64,000 bases of DNA from Strigamia acuminata. Lineage: Eukaryota. Of the stretch, positions 26,601-37,322 are shown piece after piece (the first letter of the stretch is position 1; each line of letters begins with the position of its first letter). The stretch lies in the NCBI GenBank assembly GCA_949358305.1, contig OX442314.1, forward strand, positions 9,672,001 through 9,736,000, given 5' to 3'. The position numbers and the translations under genes are program-made. A model generated the notes under the pieces. That model had not been told where the DNA came from, searched no databases, and worked only from the letters and a program-made list of their open reading frames with translations.

Positions 26601-26913
26601 GAGCAGAACAACCAGTCTTCAACGATTGTTGTTTTGGTCGCTTTCCTTTAGATGTTGAATTGTTACAACCAGCATGCGCACATTCGAATCTACAAAAGTA
26701 GTATCCAATGGAAAGTGGGAGTTTGCAAACACCAGGTCGCAGATTCTCTTTCTCAATACTGCGAGAACTTTGAATCACAAAAAGTGGACTGCTAGTAGAA
26801 TCGCAGAACTTTTCGAATGCATCTGCAAATTCGTTCCAAGTATTAAAAACAGATAATGCTGTAAATTCTTTCTCAACGGTAGGGAAATATAATTCATCAA
26901 TTTCGGTTTCCAT
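23683..26913 (-). CDS. MULE transposase fused to SWIM zinc finger, Ulp1-like (C48) protease and PHD finger, about 1076 aa from the first ATG
   Basis: FAR1-like KTGC..HTH N-terminal zinc finger; DDE-region motifs MDAT, MTDKD, CLFH, NNRIES; SWIM CTC..PCCH; RGRPKG AT-hook-like motif; HW..DSL..Q.NGHDCG protease signature; C-terminal CYC..CCTC..FHRAC..CDRC. Confidence 0.92.
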   Translation of the reverse strand: METEIDELYFPTVEKEFTALSVFNTWNEFADAFEKFCDSTSSPLFVIQSSRSIEKENLRPGVCKLPLSIGYYFCRFECAHAGCNNSTSKGKRPKQQSLKTGCSAHLHVGWDKRKSLFVIRSFDNTHTHEMGSDLYRSYSINRAVRGLGYKIPRLLENTLEDGTSTWAFSKSRSDTEHIKDNTMLLLEHGVTVSAVKNFVKEKGNVSATSKDVHNIRAKLESTNRPPGINDGEKFVSSLRLDKKQDQGMVIATLEVDSEIRVCFFQFSWQRTLFERYPEHISMDATYCLVNCRMPLYIASIVDGNNITIPVAFGLVAAETKENVEFFVATLVERNPCTSTTISFMTDKDFTEISLIEKYFPQAKHELCLFHVLKNFKALVDDQKFPSDKADDAKRLLEQMAYAYELSSFEASFSEFEEKFSNHNIFPLFLDRWYAIRESWSMYSRIQTYNLGNTTNNRIESMNNKIKKVIKRYSYLDIFYLNLKIFLSDLWDKLHMISFNQRLKVTQLRTSAPMSVVSSVASTATPFACYIIVGEYVTSENCKTITNLSNGKFAVNIPPHRISETSESSCTCSLFSMKKLPCCHIFSVRKHLDLEIFDPSLVSQRWTRSYSNESFQEASIVKPDGLVRVTNSSSDTLTESQKFSEAKTQLDALSEKMKSCSSEEFKNRMQFLKEINSLWAENRKVVAVEIISTHDTNCASNPSVNGLENATDSDVNCSEHGVGPEDGSKPDVNNPENGTGSDVNRSEHGICSDADGLENEIIFDVVGRFPDRVKVRGRPKGAILTAIGRKRTLPKPSLRTAKKFKTKLVNPDIDWVEVCSEVQLKQSHLDILLCDDWLDASIMYAATCMTKRDFPMTQGLQRTTFAAYNPPAFTPCNGDFIQICHVNGNHWNVIAGHINDSMIFVDVYDSLYSDINPDNISIASSLVRTIDSSFQMTFRFHDIMKQDNGHDCGLHAIAISLLLCHEENPSNFVFDKARLRSHLIERFSHQDEKFILFPFTRREVYDSPKTTVHDRVMCYCRKKRNTRMVIKCCTCKEDFHRACLVKQNTNVKAIQTKQFICDRCILMTEANVIDISE

Positions 26914-26962
26914 AGTATTAAAATTCAAATGTATTCAATAGAAATACCGAAATTCAGAACTT

Positions 26963-27240
26963 CAAGTGAGATGTTACAAGTTTATTACTGTAAACTATCA
27001 CAAACACACCATTCAGTTAAGATCCAACAAGTGAGATGTTACAAGTTTATTACTGTAAACTATCACAAACACACCATTTAGTTAGGATCCAACAAGTGAG
27101 ATGTTACAAGTTTATTACTGTAAACTATCACAAACACACCGTTCGTTAGAATTCAACAAGTGAGATGTTACAAGTTTCAGGTATATTACTGTAAACTATC
27201 ACAAACACACCGTTCAGTTAGAATCCAATCCAACAAGTGA
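26963..27240. repeat. About 65-bp tandem array (4 units plus a partial) inside the MULE, upstream of the ORF
   Basis: CAAGTGAGATGTTACAAGTTTATTACTGTAAACTATCACAAACACACC.. units start at 26963, 27028, 27093, 27157, with a partial at 27234. Confidence 0.9.
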
Positions 27241-27985
27241 TCTTTGTTACAAATTCATCTCTTTATATATCTCAACTCCACCCCCACGTCATTGGTTCGT
27301 TTCGCTTTTCTCGTTTTCACGTTCTCGCTACGTTCCCGTCCTCCCGTCCTCGGCAACCCGAAACTTCACATAGCGCGTTTTTGGCGCACCATACCATAGC
27401 CGGCCGAATGATGGCTGTTTGTGGAAATAGCCGGCCCAGTGACGGCCATCTATTCCCACAAACGTTTGTGGAAATAGACACATGTCTATTCCCACAAACG
27501 TTTGTGGGAATAGACAATGCGTTCTTTTATTGCAGTTTTTGTTGATTATTTTTTTGGTCAAGTAAAAACAGAAACTTTAAACGCACTTATTTATTTTTTT
27601 AAAACTAAAGTGAAAATTTATTTTCAAATGATTTTTAACATATCATTAAACGTTCAAAACGTTGATCGAAACAGAATTTACATAAATAATGTCGAATAAT
27701 GTCAAACAAGATGGCGTCTGTTAATATTTAGTAGGAACGAATTAATTTAAAAACTAAAAATAAAACTAAAAGGTGAGTAAAGAAAAAGAAATAGTGAAAC
27801 CCAATTAAATACTAAATTAAATAATTATTATAATTAAATTTTTGGATTTTTTAGTTTGTTTGTTGTTGTTTTCATTCCACCAGCTTTCATTGCAAAATTT
27901 CGATTTATGTACACAACGTTTTTATAAAATATTAAAAAAAAGAATTTTTTTTTTCTTAATTTTTATTTTTTTCTTTTGTTTGTTT

Positions 27986-29365
27986 TTATTCTATTAGTTT
28001 TTTGGCTTTGAAAAATCTTCGGAGATAAAGGACTTGCCACGTGGCTAAACCGAGCAAACAGCACATTGAAAACACACTGAAGTAGAGAACTCGCGAATTT
28101 GTGGATTCTGAAAGGGAAAAAACGAAGAAAGATTTAAGAAATTAAATATGCAATAAGTTGAATTTTTAGGTTAAAAAATTTAGGATTTTAAATGTTGAAA
28201 GAAAAAAAAAATAGAACAATTTGAATTATTTCGTTGAGATTGAATGTTTACTCCTTGAAATTCGAACAAGTTAAAATAAAATTTAAAATTCTAAAATATT
28301 CAAAAATAAAATTTAAAATTCTAAAATATTCAAAAATAAAATTTAAAATTCTAAAATATTCAAAAATAAAATTTTAAATTCTAAAATATTCAAAAATAAA
28401 ATTTAAAATTCGAAAAATATTCAAAATTAGAAATTAAAATCCGGAAAGATTCAAAATTCCAATTTAAAATCCGAAGAAATTCAAAATTTCAATTTAAAAT
28501 CGAAAGAAAATTCAAAATTTTAATTTGAAATCCGAAATATTTCAAAATTTCAATCTAAAATCCAAAATAATTCAAAATTTCATTCTAAATAAAACCCAAA
28601 AAAATTCAAAATTTCAATTTAAAATCGAAAAATAATTCAAAATTTCTATTTAAAACCAAAAAAAATTTAAAATCTCAATCTAAAATCCAAAAAAATAAAA
28701 AATATAAATAAACAAAAACCAAATAACCATTAGTATCTCTCATTTCTTCCTCCCGCTGTCTCATATAAGTAAAATCATTCACAATCGTTTCCGACAAATC
28801 CTCCAATTTTCTCAACTCAACCTCCAAAGGCTTCAACTTCGACGCTTCAGCCAACTAAAAAAAAAAACCAAAAAAAACCAAAAAATTAAAAAAAACCCAA
28901 AAAACCTCAAAAAAACCTCACAGAATCATATTGCTTGGCCTCAATGCCCCTCTTCAACGACAAATAAACTTCGATTTCCTTCTCCTCCACCCTGGTACCA
29001 GCCGGCACCTTCGACACGATACAAATTTCATAAATATCGTAATCGTCGACCGAAAACGACAATTTTCCTTTCCCGTTAATATTTTCTCTGCTCGTCAAAA
29101 CATGGCCCTTCGAGTCCGTCACCTGAAACAAATCACAAAAATAGATTAGAATGTGCGCCAAGTGTTGGTAAATATGGTAACCGACTATGAGGTCAATTTT
29201 CTGGCCGGGCGCCTCGGAAATCTCGTATTCGCCGGCCGTGAATCCTTCTTTGTGCACTTCGTCTTTGAAGCATTTCCGGGAGTTCGGATGCAGGTGGAAT
29301 CTGAGTGCGTCTACATTGAGGGCTAAGATGGCGAATAGAAGTGGTAGGGTTTGTACAAGTTCCAT
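27986..29365 (-). CDS. TMED10: p24 delta cargo receptor TMED10/TMP21, about 209 aa; exons 29365-29186, 29122-28922, 28854-28728, 28107-27986
   Basis: Signal peptide, GOLD domain, [44 protein letters not shown] coiled coil, TM helix, and C-terminus [13 protein letters not shown]. Confidence 0.95.
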
Positions 29366-31355
29366 ATATGAGAGATTGGAGTCCTCTGCAAGCGCCGACT
29401 GGCTCTTTAGGGTTAATAACTTGATAGACGAACGTGGCAACTGCGCCGCCACTGTGATCGCGACACGATGACTTCCGGTTTTGGGTTGAGCGGTGTCTAG
29501 CGGCTGTTTTGTGAACATTTTTGTGAACGTGTTGTTGTGTTTTTTGGTGATTTGGGAGTGTGGAAATGAAAATTTTTGAAGAATAAAATAAATTTATTTG
29601 GGTTAAATTATATTTTTTGTTTAAAAATATCGTTTTCGTAAGAATTTTTTGTTTAAACATTGAATCAGTCTTTTTCTAGTTCTAGTTCAGTTTTGTTTGT
29701 ACAAGTGAACTAGGAATCTGGAATACTGGATACATTTTTGTAATATGCTTATAAAAATTTACAATATTTTGGGATTTTTTGTTGAAATTAATTTCTCAAC
29801 CATTTTGTTGAATTCATGTTTCTCTTTATTTTCTTTTAATTTTCGTTTTTTTGATGACGTATCGTCGGCCTATCGTGAAGTCGAGCGTGAAGTTCTGAAT
29901 CGAGCCTCCATTTCCTAGCAGAGTTGTGTATCTATAACTGAACTGGGAAACTGCAAACCTGTCGTAAAATCGAGCAAAGTTTCCAAATTTTTGAATTTTA
30001 ATTTCTCATTTCCTTAATTCAAAATTTTCGCACAAAATTTCTACTTAAAAATCGTTAATTTTTAAAAATATGTATTCCATTTTGCTTCTTGAATGACGTC
30101 AAATACACGTCCCGCACTTGGATCCAGGACCAGAACTAGATCTAACAAATCCAACGCCATTTTCATAATGGCCGCCGATAAAATTCGAAATAAATAAACA
30201 AACACGATTTATATTTCATAATTTAAGGCACAAATATTTTTATTAGCTTAAAGTGCTCTTCCTCAAAGTGACACATAAGACTAAATGTATAATTAGCAAT
30301 TTTCTTTTGCATAGCACAAAACATTTGTAGTACAAAATATTTCTCTTTAGCAAAAATATGTGGCCCATTGACAAAACTTTGGCCTTATGGAATTAAAAAA
30401 AATGCACAACACTGGAGGTTTATTTATTTATTTATTCAGTAGCCATTTAATTTACGAATTTAATTTATTGAGGTAATTTTTGTAATTTGCTGCTTATATA
30501 TATATTTATTTATATATATCTTAAAAAAACACTAGAAAATACTCAAAAACACTTATTGATACAATGACACAAGACAGATCTATCAAAACTCATTTCCAAG
30601 TGACAAAACACGACACTAACACTTATATTTTTATCTCTTAACTTCAGTTTCACATCGAAAAATTAAATCTCTCCTTATAAAGTTCATTTCATAATTTATT
30701 TTGGTAAGGAAGGCAGAAAGGCATTCGAATTTAATGGAAGATACTTCTTTTCAATTTTAATTTTGAGCATATTGCATCTTGCATAGCAAATTGAGACAAA
30801 TTCTTGACCAAGGCAACATTGGTGGCAGAAAAATAAAAATTTAATATTAATTAGGCCTGAGATTTTATGTCAAAAATTGTCATATTGCAATAATTTACAT
30901 TTCCGGGAAAATTTATTGCAATAACAGCAATATTTTGAATTTTCTATAAAATTTACTGCAAAAATGACAATAATTGGCTTTAATAATAAAATTATTTGAC
31001 AATATTTGCTTTTATTGCAAAATTTACTGCAAATAATGCAAAAAATTGCATTTTACTGAGCAATTTACCGCAAATATTGGAATATTTTCCTATATTTTGC
31101 ATGTAAACAAAACCACTCAGGCCTAATACCCAAAAATAACCAAAAACTAACAAATTTCAACAAAAATCCTAATTATGACTCGCAAAACCGACCAAAATCA
31201 TCCAAAATCCCATCAAAAAAACCGCATTCAAATTCCTTCTTCAAAAAAAAAAACAAAACTACCAAATATAAATCCAAAATAAAATAATAAAATTTAAATT
31301 TAAAAAAAAAACAAAACAAATGCACAATAAGACTTTCTTTGTACACGACATTATA

Positions 31356-32679
31356 CTACAACGAGACGAGTTTCGGCGGATTGAGACCCTCCGGACTGCC
31401 CATGTCGGCGTTGCAATTCCTCTGCTGACTCGAGCACGTCGGGATGATCGGAGTGAGCCCGGACGAGATGGGAGTCAGGCCCGTCCCGCCCTCCATGAGC
31501 GCGTCGAAATTGAACATGCCGTTCGACGGCGTGGTAATGGGCACGCCGGCCATGTCCGCCACACTCACCGACGTGTTGAGCCTCAGACTCGTGGAATTTG
31601 GCGCCAGGTGCAGCGACGTCGGACGGGTCGGATGTTTCAAACTGTTTGCCGCGAGATCCGGCGACGAGTCGGGCGAAGCTTGTCGCATGTGGTTCGTGTT
31701 GTTTAAGCCGTTGGGTTTGCTGTTGTTGCTGCTGTTGTTGTTGTTGTTGTTTTTGTAGATGCAGCGATGCGCTTGCAGCACGAATTCCAACTGCTCTTTT
31801 TGGCTTTTTAAGTCGCCGATTTCTTTTTGGAGGATCTGTCTGCGTTCTTCTAAGTCGTCGGTTTCCTGGAGGAAAATTTGGAATTAGTTTTTTGGTTTTT
31901 TTTTGGGTTTTTTTTTTGGTTTTTTACATTGATTAGGCAATTTGTGTGGTCCAGTCGTCGTTTGCGGCATCGAGCTGCGGCTAGTTTGTTGCGTTCGCGA
32001 CGGACTCGTCTTCGTTCTTCTTCTTCGGGACTTAACTGTTTGGATGGAAAAATTGGGTTAGAAATTGTGGATAATTGTGTGAAAATTAAAAATGCGAGGT
32101 AAAAGTTGACTTTTTTCGCTAAATTTTAACTAAAAATTGATTTTTTTTGGCTATATTTTAACTAAAAATTGATTTTTTTGGCTAAATTTAAACTAAAAAT
32201 TGATTTTTTGGTTAAATTTTAACCAAAAATTGATTTTTTTAGTTAAATTTGAACAAAAAATTGATTTTTTGGCTAAATTTGAACTAAAAATTGATTTTCT
32301 GGGTTCTTTTACATTGAAAGCATTAAAATATAGTATTTGTGATAAAAATTTTAACTAAAAATTGTTTTTTTTTTTGTTGAAAATTTTATCTAAAAATTTA
32401 TTTTATTTTTCAATTGAAAAATTTCATGAAAAAAATATTTTTTTCAAAATTTGACAAAAAAATTGATGTAATTTGCTCCTTTATCATTGAAAACATTAAA
32501 AAGAATTATTAATCATGAAAACTTGTACAAAAAAATTCATTTTTATTTTATTTTCCCTTGAAAAATTTCATTAAAAAAATCCCAATGCCAAAAAAAAACC
32601 TCAACCAAGAAAATCGATTAATCATTATTTTTTTTCCATTGAATAATATCCCCATTTTAAATGTTTAATAATAAAAATC

Positions 32680-32731
<52 letters not shown>

Positions 32732-35700
32732 CATTCAATATTTTCATTCAAACATTTCAAGCTTTCTGCATTTATTTCTACGTGATCCCCATCCCAATTC
32801 CAAATAAAAACAGTTAATTCCAACCAACCTCACTAGAATTCTAATCACCTATAACCTTAAAATCCGCTTAATAAAATAAAAAAAAAAAAAAAAAAAAAAA
32901 AACACTCAAGGTACGTCTCAATTCCTGAATCAAAAATCTCCCTTCAAAGCCAAATTTAACCAAATTAAATACAACAACAACTCCTTAATGTTTCCGGCAT
33001 TATACATGCAAATAACCCTTCCAATACATAAATTTCAATCACAATTTTTTTACCAAACCAAATTCCAACCCTTAAAAACCTCCTTTCCCATCCAAAAAAG
33101 CTCAAATAACCAACAAACACATCAAACCCGTCCTTAAACGCACAATAAATTTGACATAAAACCGCACTTTACCCTTAAATCTTACGTCAAATCGATCGAT
33201 CGCGTCAAAACATTCGATGTGACCATTAATTATTTGAACCCCGCAAAACCATCGATGTATCAAATCCAAAATGGACGTTCAAAATCCACTACGAACGATA
33301 CATCGACCATGCAAAGCTCTTTCAATTCAATTGCAACCTATCTCGGTAGAACCTCCACTCGTGACAATTTTTCTTTTAATACCTTTTCGTCTCTGTTGGG
33401 TCTCCGTCCGCCCATGCGTCCGGACGCCTTTCTCGTGCCGATGGTCCTCGGCGGCGGCGAAGGCGACGAATACCACAAAGAATCTTCTTTGATGTTTTGG
33501 TAGTTGGATGAGTTGGTTGAAGTGTTTGATGTGTTGTTTATGCTGTTGACAACAGGTGGAACAAAACCTGCTTGGTGTTGGTGGTTGTTTGGAAGTGGCA
33601 CGGATTGTAGTTCAATGAAAGTCTGTTCAATATTCCTCAGGGTTGTCGGCGTCAACGTCGGAGTCGTCCTGGTTGGGATTCCTGTGGAAAATCCATCCAG
33701 GGTTGCAAACTACAAGGAAAAAAAAACAATATTATTAATTATTAATTTATAGTTACAATTTGACATTTTCAAAACACAACAAGGAAAAAAAAAACCTTTT
33801 TTCCTCCTTAATTCAGGGAAAAAAGTTACCTTTTCTATGCAATAATTTGTTTTGAAATTTATTACATTAGTGTGCATTGTTGCCAGCAGGTGGAAACTGT
33901 AAAGCCTGATATTTACAAGTTTTTTGGGCTGGAAATTTTGTTTATGGGGTGTTTGATTTTGTGTTTTGAGTGGTGTAATAAATCACTCTTTTCATGTCAC
34001 ACACTCAAATTAAGCAGTATCAATTAATTGCGTACAGGAAATGAGAAACAAATTCATTTCTATTTCCCCCTGCACCTCCAACTCACCCCTCTGTTTCATT
34101 ATTTCTTGTCCTGTTCAATCCCAGTTTGACTTAGAAACATGATAATTTATTTTAGTCAGCCCCACAAGTAAAAAATTGGACTGATAAAAACGCAGTTGGA
34201 ATGACACAGCTGTTTCAATTCTCAATGGAGCAAGATAACATTAGGCTTATATTTTATTTCAAAGTGGGCCCAATATGTGTGTGGCTTTTTTAAATATTTA
34301 AGCTTCTTAGTCGAAATAGTCCAAAATTTAAGGTTCTTTTAGACAAAATGCATCAAAATTTAGTGAAAATAGTCCAAAATTTAAATGTATTTAGTGAAAG
34401 TAGTCCAAAATTTAAATGTATTTAGTGAATGTAGTCCAAAATTTAAATGTATTTAGTCAAAATAGTCCAAAATTTAAATGTATTTAGTCAAAATAACCTC
34501 AAATTAATGAAAATAGTCCAAAATTTATCAAAGCAGTCTAAGCAGCCAATTAGTACCGGTAAGCTGATTTAGTCAAAATAGTCCATTATTTAGGCTAATT
34601 TAATATAAATAGCCCATTATTTAGGCTAATTTAATATAAATAGCCCATCATTTAGGCTAATTTAATATAAATAGCCCATCATTTATGCTTATTTAGTCAA
34701 AACAGCCAGGTTTTAGTCTAATTTAGTCAAAACAGCCAAGTTTTAGTCTAATTTATTCAAAATAGCCAAGTTTTAGACTAATTTAGTCAAAATAGTCAAG
34801 TTTTAGTCTAATTTAGTCAAAATAGTCAAGTTTTAGACTAATTTAGTCAAAGTAGCCCAATATTTAGTCTAATTTAGTCCAAACTTCCATAAATAAAATC
34901 CAGCAAATTTGGAATAATCTTCACATAAAATAAAATAGTCCCAATTTGTCTATATTAGGCCTAGTGAATTAACAAATGTTTCAAATGACCCCCGATTGAA
35001 ATTGCAGCTGTGTAGTAGTAAAAGTATCAATTTTCATTGTCTTCAACCTCAATTAATGTACACTTTCATCAGCGTGGGAAAAACTCATCCATTCTTTCAC
35101 ATTTCCATACAAATTTCCCTTTTTCTTCTCCATTTTTACCTTGACTACACAACACACCTTGAACTCCCCTCAACAACCTGAAAAACCTTCACGTTTTTTC
35201 ATACCCAGAACACAACCTAAAAAAAAAAAAATTCTTTCTTCTTAACCCTAAAATAAGCCTAAACCAAAAATCAGTCACTGATTTCACACAAAAAAAAATC
35301 AACAAATCAAAACTGACCTTGAAATCAAACCATATCCTTAAAAAAGAGTTAGGCCTATTATTTAAACCTACACTAGTCATCCCCTCAAATTAAAAGTCAA
35401 CTGTCCCATAACTAAAATTAGGCCTACTTTTTTTTATATCATCATCAAATTAAATGAACAAAAAATTCAAAATTCAAAATTCAAAATTCCACTTTCACCA
35501 TAACATTGTTGACCAAAAAAACTAAAATAAATTTTTAAAAAAATAAATAAAATAACTAATAACAAAATTAAATAAAACCATAAAGGCAACAACCAGACCT
35601 TGAAAAAAGTCATAAAGAATAAACATTCAGTGCCATGCAACTGTCACGGAATACAAAAGGCCATTGGGAACACCATGTGTGCAATCCCAACCCACAAAAA

Positions 35701-36425
35701 CAAAAACAAATTTTTACAAATTTCAACCCCAAAAAAAAACACAAATAAAGTCAATTTTAATCCAAAAACCACCACCAGGGTCAATTTCAACAAATTTCAA
35801 ACCCAAAACCACCCACCTAAACCAACTTAACCCTAATTTCAACTCAAAAAAACACCACCAGGACCAATTTAACCCCAAAAATCACCACCAGGACCCAATT
35901 TATACCCAAAAACCACCACCAGGACCAAATTTAACCCTAATTTCAAACCAAAATTCAACATCAGGGTCAATTTAAACCCGAAAATCACCACCAGGTCCCA
36001 ATTTATACTAAAAACCACCACCAGGATCACCTTAACCCTAATTTCCAACCAAAAATCCAAAAAAACCAAAAAATCCAAAAAACCATTTAACTTACTGAAA
36101 CAAACAATTAAAACAAACCAAAAACCAAAAAACCAAAAACTAACTCTGGGGTGCCCGTTCAGAGCCATCAAAAAGGGGTGTGGATGTTTCGCCAAAATAG
36201 GCCTAACGCCCGCGACTCCGGCCTAACAATTTATGTAGCCGAGCGGACCGATCGCGACGGGACGAAAATGGCAAAACTCACCGTAGTTGGCGTAACGACT
36301 TCGCCGTTCGCCATCGATGACAAAATATCGGCCACAGTCAGTCTAGAATCCGAGTGTTCGCTGTCGGACGAGTTTGAGCACGAATTACTGCTGTTGCTGC
36401 TGCTGCCGCAACTCCTTGAATTCAT
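31356..36425 (-). CDS. Fos: Fos/kayak AP-1 subunit, about 362 aa; exons 36425-36282, 33709-33383, 32035-31928, 31865-31356
   Basis: [17 protein letters not shown] motif, basic region [27 protein letters not shown], zipper [15 protein letters not shown]-terminal GTGLTP and KLVSL*; all introns phase-0 GT-AG. Confidence 0.93.
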
Positions 36426-36548
36426 CGCACCCACGTAGGCAGAGCGCGGCGCTTGTCAATGGGCGAATCGGTCTCGCGGTAGAAAAAGCGCCGATTTTGC
36501 GGGCAAGGAGTCGAACACGTTGTAAAACCTACTACAACCTTACGACGA

Positions 36549-36695
36549 TGAGTCATCTGAGTCTTTACAAGTTGGAAAAGCCCTACAGCTTTTATACAAA
36601 AAGCATGACATCATCGCTAGAAATAGAACAACACCTCATTACGCTCCAGTCACGTGACGCACTACGTCATTCGGTTTGCTACGAAACCGACGTCA
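36549..36695 (-). promoter_or_regulatory. Putative Fos proximal promoter
   Basis: TATAAAA on the minus strand 36590-36596; AP-1 TGAGTCA 36549-36555; TGACATCA 36606-36613; MEF2-like CTAGAAATAG 36617-36626; GTCACGTGAC 36649-36658; CRE-like TACGTCA 36663-36669 and CGACGTCA 36688-36695. Confidence 0.65.
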
Positions 36696-37291
36696 CAGCG
36701 AGTTTAAAAAGCGAAGCCTTCCGAGAAACTTTATACGCATCGCGCCTTTTAGTGAAACCCGTTGCATTTCAACGGAACGAATTAAAAAAATGCCGACAAA
36801 TTCATTTCACGAAACGAAATTTTTGTTTAGATTTTTATTTCTTTCTTGCGTATCGATTAAAATGAATTAAGTGTTCAATTATTCACGTTGTTGCGTCAGG
36901 GGGATTAGTGGTCGTTTTTTTTTAGCCCCAAATCGAAAATTATGTCGCCAGTAGGGCGCCATGCCATCCGCTTCTCCCGTCCCACACCTTCGCCTCGAAG
37001 TCGAGCGTGTGGCGCCCCAATTTGACGCTTGGTGTCGCGGCGCCAGCTTCCGAGCAGACGGCGAGGCATTCGACACAAATGACTGCACATATCGATTTAT
37101 TTTCCCTTCCCCCATCACACACAAAGTGAAAACAACTTTCTATTGTGTGAATAAACTAAAAACCGATCGATTTTAACCCTAAAAGTCCCAACTACGACAG
37201 TTTTTTAATTTTTCCTGGCGACAAAATACGACAAGTCGGCCATCTTTTAAGATAAAGACTATTGAATAATTCCCTTTGTTTACCAAATAAG

Positions 37292-37322
<31 letters not shown>

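Larger units (their letters stand above)
23413..27521 (-). mobile_element. Complete Mutator-like (MULE) DNA transposon, 4109 bp
   Basis: 9-bp TSD TTCTTTTAT at 23404-23412 and 27522-27530; TIRs about 23413-23643 and 27282-27521, identical by eye over 23422-23613 / 27321-27512; one uninterrupted ORF. Confidence 0.95.

Noticed and set aside
26963..27240. CRISPR-like array next to a large nuclease-type ORF
   Set aside because: Units are head-to-tail with no unique spacers, there are no cas genes, and the context is a eukaryotic transposon.
29366..29518. 51-aa N-terminal extension of TMED10 in the ORF track
   Set aside because: The signal peptide begins at Met 29365, and the upstream part looks like promoter or 5' UTR.
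30200..31355. AU-rich instability elements in the Fos 3' UTR
   Set aside because: The obvious TATTTATTTA run at about 30421 is on the antisense strand, and the background AT content makes isolated ATTTA uninformative.
31320..32102. Plus-strand ORFs with poly-Cys or poly-Leu
   Set aside because: Antisense readings of the Fos last exon and its AAC (Asn) repeat.
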